From: Bugula neritina
Lineage: Eukaryota > Animalia > Bryozoa
Length of the DNA: 64,000 nt
Assembly: GCA_964035545.1 (NCBI GenBank)
Contig: OZ037767.1
Location: 9,062,581-9,126,580 of the forward strand
Direction of reading: 5' to 3'
Of the stretch, positions 41,101 through 49,200 are shown piece after piece. Below the pieces are notes generated by a model. It made no database searches, was not told the DNA's origin, and was given only the letters and a program-made list of their open reading frames with translations. The translations under genes were made by a program, and so were the position numbers. Position 1 is the stretch's first letter. Every line of letters starts with the position of its first letter.

Positions 41101-43445
41101 AGTCAGTGAAACACTTCCGGCCTTATCTCTACGGTAGGCCGTTCCGCTTGCGGACGGACCACGCCTCCTTGATCTGGCTGTGCAAGAGGGCTGAACCGTC
41201 CAGTCAAGTCGCCCGATGGCTTGAAGTCCTAGCCGAGTTTTCATACCGAATCGAACACCGACCCGGTAGGAAACACGGCAATGCGGATGGACTGAGTCGG
41301 CGACCGGACGAGGGGTGCAAACAGTGTCACAACATCGAGAGAAGGGACGGGGGTCCCCCAAGATCCGAGTTGGCGACACTGGACCACCCTGGAGTGAGCT
41401 ACGATTGGGACCAAGGTCAACTCAAGCCAAGGAGCCCTGACCCACCAGAGGCTGTCAACAACCTCCGCGCCAATCCTGTCTTAGCTCGTAATGTCAGAGA
41501 GCTGCAGAAACTCCAGGAGGACCTCCCTGGGGTGGTAGCCGACGTATATCGAGCTAAACGGGAAGGGCGACGACCCAGCGAAGAACAGCTGCGGCAGGGG
41601 TGCGCCGAGTTACGGCTGTACTGCCAACGCTGGGACTCCCTGCGGATCGGGCCAGATGGTCTGCTGACCATCACCTTGGCCGCCGACCAGGGACACCCTG
41701 GTCGAGAAAGGGTGATCTGCCCAACCGCCATGCGCCGGGAGCTAGTATGGGACACCCACCGACAGGCTCACGCCGGAATCCGGAGGGTGCTTACCAAGCT
41801 AAGGCTCCGGTGGTATTGGCCCCAAATGGAGCGTGACGTCCGACTAAGGATCAAACAATGCGAAGTCTGCCAGGCCAGCAAGCATGGCCGTCTTCCTAGG
41901 GAGGCGGGACGGCGTAGGCTCTATGCTGGCAGGCCCTGGCAGGTGGTAGCTGTTGACTTGGTCGGACCCATGCCCCTCACCCCCAGAGGAAACAGCTGGA
42001 TTCTAGTGTTGACCGACCACTTCACTAGGTGGGCAGACGCACTGGCTATCCCAGACGCGTCTGCCCCGACAGTGGCCAGCACACTAGACCAGCGTGTATT
42101 CTGCTACTTTGGGCTGCCCGAGCAACTACACTCGGACCAGGGGTCGCAATTCCAGTCTCAACTGATGAGCGACCTCTGCCGCCTCTGGGGAGTAAACCAA
42201 AGTAGGACCACTCCGTACCACCCTCAAGGTAACGGAGTGGTCGAACGCAACAACCGGATGCTGGGCGACGCACTCCGCAGTCTATTACTCGGCCGAGGCC
42301 AGGAGGAATGGGATCTCGTGTTGCCACAGGTTATGAGGGCCTATCGCAGTACGCCCCATACCAGCACCGGCGAGACCCCCAACCTCTTGACCTTCGGTCG
42401 TGAGACACGAGTGCCCGACCACCTCGCCTATCACATTCCAGAACCAGAATACTCTGTCCACGAGTACGCTGGGGAAGTGGTGGAGCGTCTGAGAGTCGCA
42501 CACGAAATACTGCGAGAGAAGCAGTGGCAGGTGCGACAGGAAGACGCTGATGAACCACCTCTCTACCAGGCCGGAGACTGGGTCTGGATGATCAACTACC
42601 GTAGGCGTCGAGGACAGGCGGCTAAATTACAGCCTAAGTTTGTAGGACCCTACGTAGTAGTTGAGGTGATGCCCAATCACACTTACAAGTTGGAGCGGTC
42701 TGGGCAAATATCTGTCCAGAATGAAGCCCGCTTGAAACCCTATTGGGCTAGCCCAGGTGCAGCCGGGGGTGCCCCCCCATTGTTAGAGCCCAGGAGGCAG
42801 ACAACAATGCGCGGGCGGCGGCGGCATAAACCCAATGATGAGTGGGTCATGCCACGGACAGAAGACTTGGCAAGGCAAGAGAGACCGCCTCCCCCAACGG
42901 GGCCACACCCTCTGCCTCCAGAGCCAAGCCGTCCGACCCCAGAGCTACCACCACCACTTCCGGAAATAAGTATACTTCCAGAAGTGCAAAACCCCCACAC
43001 GGGAGGGGCTCCGTCCGGAGAGAACAGAGGGGAAGAAGGAACAACAGCTGACGGGAGGCAGGAAACACCACCAGTGGAGAATAACAACCCACTGGTGAGT
43101 ACACCACCTCCCTCACCAGCTACACCACCTTCCCCGGCGTCTACCACTAGTACATCTCCCCTCCTTGAAAGGGGACAACGCACTAGAAGGCCCCCAGCTT
43201 ATCTTCAAGACTTCGTATGCGACCGCGTTACAAGCGGCAGGTATGGAAGTTCAGCTGGGCGCCGTACGGAAAGACTGGCAGCAAAGCGTGGGAGTTATGA
43301 ACACCACGGAAAAACCAAGTTTTGCGAAAACGGAATAGCGAGTGGAATTACCACTCTCCGGGCACACATTTCCGGTCTCGCACAACAAACACGCTGCCCA
43401 GTCTTTTCCTACGCCGACGCGGTCAAGAGTAGACGTGCTTTCTAA
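38154..43445 (+). CDS. Gag-Pol polyprotein (capsid-like Gag, aspartic protease, RT, RNase H, integrase), 1763 aa
   Basis: APTFTG..EQFIEEF Gag start; LLDSG protease; RFCVDYRKLN, LPFGL and YLDD RT; TDASD...ELLAV...TDH RNase H; H-x3-H...CEVC zinc finger, VDLVG/HSDQG/VERNN DDE triad and GPY module of integrase; RT-RH-IN order is Gypsy-type. Confidence 0.97.
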   Translation: MTEHTTKHPGGKPANFLHMEEVYRSKLTAPTFTGVEDVEQFIEEFHDVANVAQWPPQVALVKLREVLTERARPFGQGRSVAEILTTLRSRFGIPALEARARLQVLRQAEGTPLRDHVALVKRLARSAYSDLPEAHRRYFTLIDFMQSLKDVGLCHQLQAKGVTTLESALQVGEDYLWAERLHTRKPESTQVTAEIAQSLGGKMGQLSTRLRQMAKTLTNAGPPNQGQKRKTTRSESNNQPGPPRSRDPQPRKREQPQVWQKPRRTTRPLGRPEPFVLPLTNRFSQLPETELAGEVPRDIGREINTPPPKKRRSPTTKRTPRRLTEATHAGEVRLQPHGESYFLPGKVAGKAVTFLLDSGCNTNLLSRRVFDALPAQVRKGLAPYTGEPGTLADGSCIPFYGVVELPGRVRDQAIQETFILSQLEEDAILGTPFLKRHQCHIDFHKSAILMAGRELSCVDKFGRPLVGGVQVVRNCTVPGRSRATIHCRVNDRQLSGLGVVEGTHQRIQLASSLNRLTDRGEILVQCVNPFSESVTLPSGSLLGRFHTVQEGDIGPSLGEATEGPQERPSVRRGTVPEHVQELYESACKGCAGNKERQAMAQLLRQYGDVFSSGDQDMGLTKAICHEIPLAAGTLPIRQPTRRLGPEKEKEVSRQVRDLLDRGIVEPAHSAWSSPVVLVRKKDGSWRFCVDYRKLNSVTIQDAYPLPRIDESLDALAGSKYFSTLDLLSGYWQVPLSPDAQEKAAFITRDGLWKWKVLPFGLTSAPATFQRLMEQVLSGLHWKTLLVYLDDVIVISPDFATHVSRLREVFERLRGAGLKLKPSKCALLQPEVKYLGHVVGRNGVATDPDKVRAVADWVTPQDLTGLRAFLGLVGYYRQYIPDFGGVAKPLNRLTAKGVAWQWTPVEQRAFDSLKSRLLEAPILAYPDPTLEYILDTDASDQNVGAVLSQVQEGREVVVAYYSKSLSPPERNYCTTRKELLAVIKSVKHFRPYLYGRPFRLRTDHASLIWLCKRAEPSSQVARWLEVLAEFSYRIEHRPGRKHGNADGLSRRPDEGCKQCHNIERRDGGPPRSELATLDHPGVSYDWDQGQLKPRSPDPPEAVNNLRANPVLARNVRELQKLQEDLPGVVADVYRAKREGRRPSEEQLRQGCAELRLYCQRWDSLRIGPDGLLTITLAADQGHPGRERVICPTAMRRELVWDTHRQAHAGIRRVLTKLRLRWYWPQMERDVRLRIKQCEVCQASKHGRLPREAGRRRLYAGRPWQVVAVDLVGPMPLTPRGNSWILVLTDHFTRWADALAIPDASAPTVASTLDQRVFCYFGLPEQLHSDQGSQFQSQLMSDLCRLWGVNQSRTTPYHPQGNGVVERNNRMLGDALRSLLLGRGQEEWDLVLPQVMRAYRSTPHTSTGETPNLLTFGRETRVPDHLAYHIPEPEYSVHEYAGEVVERLRVAHEILREKQWQVRQEDADEPPLYQAGDWVWMINYRRRRGQAAKLQPKFVGPYVVVEVMPNHTYKLERSGQISVQNEARLKPYWASPGAAGGAPPLLEPRRQTTMRGRRRHKPNDEWVMPRTEDLARQERPPPPTGPHPLPPEPSRPTPELPPPLPEISILPEVQNPHTGGAPSGENRGEEGTTADGRQETPPVENNNPLVSTPPPSPATPPSPASTTSTSPLLERGQRTRRPPAYLQDFVCDRVTSGRYGSSAGRRTERLAAKRGSYEHHGKTKFCENGIASGITTLRAHISGLAQQTRCPVFSYADAVKSRRAF

Positions 43446-43480
43446 TCCATCTGCATCCAAGCTTGAACGTCGAGTATGAG

Positions 43481-43488
43481 TATAAATA
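43481..43488 (+). promoter_or_regulatory. Candidate internal TATA box upstream of ORF2
   Basis: TATAAATA 50 nt upstream of the ORF2 ATG (43531), in the short gap between pol and ORF2. Confidence 0.45.
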
Positions 43489-43530
43489 CCGAGTTCCCAG
43501 GTAAGCTTGCTTAGATCTAACACTCCACTA

Positions 43531-44625
43531 ATGGAAATAGATCTCACCTCAGTCAACTCTGATTTAATCGATCTGATTGAATCACAGTTACTGGAGACAG
43601 AGTCACACGTGAATGACGACGAGAACATAGTAATGGCGGATGATCTACTAGATCTGGAGCTTGATAATATGTCTCTCAGTCAGTTTACACGTTCTGACAC
43701 AGTCTCTCGAGTGCCGTATAAAAAGATGCATGACTCTCAGACTAGTAACAGTCGATTGTCATCAGAATTATGCTGTAAAGATCAAACTCGATCTAACAAT
43801 AATTCTGCTCTTTTAGACGCCACTCGCTCTCCTGACTACGGAGATATGCCACCATTAGAACTGGCCTGGAACAGTGAGACACCTCCTACCTCCCTACCAG
43901 ACGTGTTACTTCAGCAGCATAGCTGGGTCGCACCAGAGACGGAAAAGCTGATTCAACTACACCGCGGCCATGACGGATGCACCACCTGCAGGCTGTGTCA
44001 GCAGCACTTCTCCACCCATCGCCGTTTGCGTGTCCACGTACCGCAGCACTTCCTAACTACTCTCTGTCCCTGTGGTGAATATAGTTACCACAGGGACTAC
44101 ATTCTCAGGCACCAGCGTACTATGGACTGCCATGTAGGACACTTGTACGATGTGGACAAATACAACTTCCCCACCTTTCTCAATCTAATCAAACCTTTCA
44201 TTAAAGATCTCCCCCGCTTTGAACGGCTCAAACACGGATTCCCCTCACCTCGCATCATCACTCACGGACCATGTCCAAGACCTCCCGGACATAGGAAACC
44301 TACCAAGCCGTCTCACTCTCCTCCCGCACAGACCATACCTCGTCCATCCACCCTACCTCGAGTTCTACTTCACCGAGTTGAGATACCCCAAAAACGACGT
44401 TCCCCCTCCCCCACTCCGATGCAGCCTTCTTCTAAACGACGATGGAGACCCTCCTCCCCGAAACGGCAGGCCCCTACAGCTCGCAACATAAAAGAAGTCG
44501 AGCTCCGTATGTATGAATTAGAAGCCGAGATTCAACGGTTGACTCCCAGAGTTGCTGCGGCCACTTCCGAAATGAAGACCCTTAAAGCTTCCGTGGCCCT
44601 CCTCAAACGGGGCGATCAAGACTGA
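43531..44625 (+). CDS. Retrotransposon accessory ORF2: C2H2 zinc-finger / coiled-coil protein (364 aa from ATG; frame open from before TTG 43507)
   Basis: Intact ORF inside the LTRs. CRLCQQHFSTHRRLRVHVPQH is C-x2-C-x12-H-x3-H; CPCGEYSYHRDYILRHQRTMDCH is a second variant finger. Acidic N-terminus, Pro/Ser/basic region, C-terminal heptad repeat; no signal peptide or TM segment. Confidence 0.85.
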   Translation: MEIDLTSVNSDLIDLIESQLLETESHVNDDENIVMADDLLDLELDNMSLSQFTRSDTVSRVPYKKMHDSQTSNSRLSSELCCKDQTRSNNNSALLDATRSPDYGDMPPLELAWNSETPPTSLPDVLLQQHSWVAPETEKLIQLHRGHDGCTTCRLCQQHFSTHRRLRVHVPQHFLTTLCPCGEYSYHRDYILRHQRTMDCHVGHLYDVDKYNFPTFLNLIKPFIKDLPRFERLKHGFPSPRIITHGPCPRPPGHRKPTKPSHSPPAQTIPRPSTLPRVLLHRVEIPQKRRSPSPTPMQPSSKRRWRPSSPKRQAPTARNIKEVELRMYELEAEIQRLTPRVAAATSEMKTLKASVALLKRGDQD

Positions 44626-44953
44626 TGGCAGCTGTATCCTTCCCCTCTACTCCTCTGACTATCCACACCTGCAGGTGGTGACGATCTCTCTCTGTTCCTT
44701 CCCTCCTCTGACCGTCTCTAGTCGGTGTTGCACGATCTCCGTACATGTGATTACAATATTCCGTTTTACTATTTTTTTTATATATATACTTTTCTCATGT
44801 CAATCTAGATTGCTCAATAGTGTGTAAGCTCTTTTGGAAATATCCACCTTACGTGATGTTCAGATCTTATATTTTTTTTTTTTGGTTTTTTTTGTAATAA
44901 ATTGTTTTATTTTTATTTTTTTGGGTGCATATCAGGAAGGTATGCTTCCTGCT

Positions 44954-44964
44954 GGGGGGGGCGG
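44954..44964 (+). promoter_or_regulatory. Polypurine tract
   Basis: GGGGGGGGCGG immediately before the 3' LTR. Confidence 0.85.
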
Positions 44965-45241
44965 TGTAATGGGGCGTGGTTTACGCCTCATGCGTATCCC
45001 CCTGCCAATCAGAGAGTGATTGGCAATTATTGGATGAAGCCAAGCAGAACAATTTATATTAGTTAGTTAGCGTATACTTGCCGTGATGTAAAGTAACCTT
45101 GTACTACTACTTATAGAGATTTTTACGCCATTATTACAGTTTTATAATAAAGTCTTACACACGAAAATAAGAGTGAATTGCTTGTGACTAAATGCACATT
45201 GCTCACTAGAAGCCCACACAAACATTGTGCTTCGCACAACA
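44965..45241 (+). repeat. 3' LTR
   Basis: Identical to 37825-38101 (offset 7140 bp), followed by the TSD ATAC. Confidence 0.97.
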
Positions 45242-46000
45242 ATACTTGTAATCACACGCATGACTAGTGCTCACGGCTTGGTAAAATATTTATTAAAATA
45301 AAAATACAGGCATTGTCACTACTACATGCCAAACCAAAATTAAAAGTATATAAAAAAATACATTCAATTTGCAATTTGTATAATCCTAATCTAGACTTAT
45401 ATTGACAACTTAATCGCTACAAACGATGGTCAATCTCAAACTCAACATAATTATAAAAAATGCAATGATTTATTACAGATCAAATAAAAGAGATCAAGTT
45501 ATTACTCACACTGCAGAGAAAAGAAAACAATAATGAAGTATGCAATATCAACTTTCATCTGCATCATCTTTATAGCTGTTATCCCTATTAGTATTACTAT
45601 AATCTAAAGCATTTTGTGTTAAAATGAAGCAATTAATGATTAATCAATTCAAGTTTTTTTATTATAACTATATCAATATCATTATTAATAATAATAACAA
45701 TATTATAGTTATGATATTAATATAAATTATTCAATTTTATATTGATATTGTGATTACTGATTATCAATATGATTATGAGTCTTATCAATTTGAATTAGAG
45801 CGAGAGTTAACCTTGCGACTTATCTTTTGAAATGAAGTAAAAGAACAATAAGATAAATAAAAACAAGTTGAAACGTTTTAAATAGTTGCTTGAGACCCAA
45901 AAAACAACACTACTACGAACTTATATGATCATATTGATATTATTTCATCAGTAAACCCCACATTAGGATTCTAGTAGTAGTACAGCACTTTGCTTGCGAG

Positions 46001-46014
46001 GTTGCCATGGAAAG
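46001..46014. promoter_or_regulatory. RFX X-box-like motif in a putative bidirectional promoter (RGS22-like / GALNT)
   Basis: GTTGCCATGGAAAG matches GTTNCCATGGNAAC at all but the last base; lies in a locally CpG-richer stretch ~290 bp upstream of the GALNT ATG. Confidence 0.5.
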
Positions 46015-46289
46015 GTAAGACTAATATGTATAACATTCGTGCGGATGTTACAACCTCCCGCACTAATATTTTAACCAGCAAATTGAATACTCGCTATCGG
46101 ATACTCCAGGTAACGTGGTTATTAACGAGTCCAGGTCAAGATATTTATCACTTCAAAAGACCAACGTTTCAAAAGTAATGATAAAAACTACAAATAAAAA
46201 TCAGTAGAAACCGTTGGCGTCGCCTTGTACTTGTACCACAAAATAGCTGACGTTATTTTACATCATACTTGAAATATCTACCTAACTAG

Positions 46290-49200
46290 ATGAGACGATG
46301 TATGCGATGCATAACTACATTAATAGCCCTATGGCTATTAATGATGACGATGTATTTATTTCATTTATGGGGTTTCCCTCTTTTCTCTAAATTAGTAAGT
46401 ACTACTTTTATTTAAATTTGATCATGCTCATTTAATATCTGTTAAGACTTAATACAACCCCTAGAATTTTCAACTTTTATACCCAGGTAATTGTAGTTCT
46501 TATACCATTAAATTTATTAATAATAATAATATTAATAATCATATTCATAATCAATATGAATATCATAATCATAATGATTATCATTATGATTATGATAAAA
46601 TTAAATATAATAATTATTAATATTATAATTATAGTGATAATCATAATATTATTAATGTAAATCATTAATCATAATATTAATTCAATTGAAAATTATATTG
46701 ATACTCAATTATTTATAACACATTTAATAATACTAATAGTTAATACTGGCTGGACTGTGATGTTGTTATGTATTTGTAAAAATTAGGAGTTTTTTAGTTA
46801 TTCATGAACCTACCATGTTATAGTAAATCATAGCCTTTGGGTTAGCTTGGAGAGGGTGTATTGATCTATGTTGCTTGTCTTTGCTGCAAGGTAACTCCAT
46901 CTCCTGTTCTAATCTGTAGAAAGAGTTTGGCCTCTGGGCTAAGGTATTTGTCTAGCGGTCCTTCACAGTCTAGGATCCTGGGCTGAGCATACACTAGCAT
47001 ACCTAACACCTAACTCATTCACAATCTCTCGGTATACACACAAGATATGTGTGTTCAGAGGCTGTGTATCTGAATACTCTATGCACAATTTCCACAGTCT
47101 ATTCCACACATACTCTCATATATTCTTAATAAATTATTCCTAGTTATCATGAAGGCCACTCCTACACTATACTTTTTTATTATTGCAGCTATATTTATTA
47201 AATGAAGTTGTGCTCTCTGTGCATATAGACTAATAGCAAGAAAAGATAACTAAGTAATTCAAAACTATGGTATGTGCCTTTCGTTCAGGTTGTTTGTCTG
47301 GTGGTTATTCCCAGTTTTGGTTTCTGTCGTGTTATGCCCTATCACATTCTTAAATGTGTATTCACAATATCTTCTCAACTCTACCTTAACAAGTACTCTC
47401 TATACACTCTTTAGCTACATTCTCATACATACTTTCTTATGTACTGCTATTCATTATGTTATTCATAACCATCACACTAGCCACACCTACATTCTGTAAA
47501 TGTAGCCAGATTGACCTGAATTATAATTATGTTTTTGTCATGACTAGGGATAGCTGTTTGATTATAAATTACTCACTTGATCGAGCTTAAGTTTCAATAT
47601 TACTTGAACTTATATGGGATTTAACTAAGCATTACTATTATTAGAATGAATAGTCTATTTTTTAATTTTATTGATAAATGTAAAATCAATAAAAAGTATA
47701 TGCATTCATAATCATAGGTTGCACTACAATAATTATAATTATTGTGATCATGCTTGTCTGATTTTTAATGTTTTTAGGCTGGAAGCAACTCTATAAGTAA
47801 AGTAGCAATGGCCAAGTTTGACCACAAGTCATATATTGATAAAAAGAAGTTGGCAGTTTCTGACGACCCTTACAAGTCGAATAAGTTCAATCAGAAAGCT
47901 AGCGATAGCATGGCGTTAGACCGGCCTGTTCCAGATGTGCGCCTTCCTGGGTAATGATTAGCTTCATTATGTTGACAATATTACATCCAGTAACTGTTGA
48001 CGCATCTAAGAGATGGGATAGACATTCTATCTACATGTTGTAAAACTTTAAGTGTAAAATTAAAATAAAATGTTTTAGTAAAGTTAGTTTGCATCTCGGG
48101 CATTTAGCCAGATTGGAGCCTGTGTAGCTTTTGTGACAGTCACCAGTCACAATTGGTTACAACTTCACAGCCAGTCTCTACTGGCCACACCTATCAATGC
48201 AGAATCACATGTTTTAATTATTTAAAATGATTGCATTAGCTCGTAGCTGAAGTTTTCAATATCATTTTATTTATTTAGCATTTCAGTATTCCAATATTTC
48301 CCTCCTACTGTAATGTACTTTTTTCGCTTGACTGACTAAAATACAAAATTCTGATATGATCTATTAATGTAATACCATTCTATTATCTATAAATGTAATA
48401 AAATGGCAGTTAATTATACAACACTTATTGATAAAGAAAACTTTCCCTGATTGTATTATTCTTGACACTAGTAGACACCAACCCTGGAGGTAGTATTGTT
48501 ATATTTCCTGATAGGTTGCAAAGGAACTGATGTTTTACTGCTTGTTTATTTTATCAAAGTAGGTTAATAGTGTGATAAGACAATTCAGGTGCCACAGAAT
48601 ATTATCCTTACAATGAGTAAAGACATGCTTATCAACTCTTGATATATAGCGATGACTGCCTATTGTTTACAGGGTTATAATTGACTGTATTTGTTCTGTA
48701 GGTGTTCCAAAATAGAATACAACCCTGCGGATTTACCCGACACTAGCGTGATTATAACATTTCATAATGAGGCTCGATCAACCTTACTCCGCACCATTGT
48801 CAGGTACTCAGTCTTTGAGGGCTTTTAAACTGCTCCCTGTCTATTTCATGTGTGCAACCTTTTGTTTGTCTTTCACCCACGTTCAATATTGTAAGCTATT
48901 CCAATCATCAACTTTGTAGTATATTCTTGTATAGCAATGTGCTGTCTGTGTGTCTATTTTCAGTGTGATAAATAGAAGTCCGCCATCTTTAATAAAAGAG
49001 ATAATATTGGTTGATGACTTCAGTGATGACGGTAAGATGAATTTTCAATTTTAAAATCAATAATTGTACGAATATATGATGTTGAAACGTAGAGAGAGGG
49101 TGAGCTCAAAGCTACAATATTCTTACGTTTAAACCCTCTCCTTATGTGTATTGTATAATATATGTGCTAAAGTAGTTTAGTTTTGCCCTCTTAGTCTTTG

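Larger units (their letters stand above)
37825..45241 (+). mobile_element. Full-length Ty3/Gypsy (Metaviridae) LTR retrotransposon, 7417 bp, with an extra 3' ORF
   Basis: Two identical 277-bp TG...CA LTRs, 4-bp TSD ATAC (37821-37824 and 45242-45245), PBS, PPT, uninterrupted gag-PR-RT-RH-IN ORF; visibly GC-rich compared with the host. Confidence 0.97.

Noticed and set aside
37983-43628. Many antisense and alternate-frame ORFs over gag-pol
   Set aside because: Short shadow ORFs expected in GC-rich coding DNA; no recognisable motifs.
43507-44625. ORF2 as an envelope gene
   Set aside because: No signal peptide, no transmembrane anchor or hydrophobic fusion peptide; Cys/His spacing fits C2H2 fingers.
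45510-45605. Short hydrophobic peptides on both strands (MMQMKVDIAYFIIVFFSLQ minus; MKYAISTFICIIFIAVIPISITII plus)
   Set aside because: AT-rich DNA yields hydrophobic translations, and I could not join them to downstream exons without stops; more likely a 5'-UTR exon or noise.
46477-46665. Ile-rich ORF
   Set aside because: Low-complexity (ATT/ATC)n sequence in GALNT intron 1.
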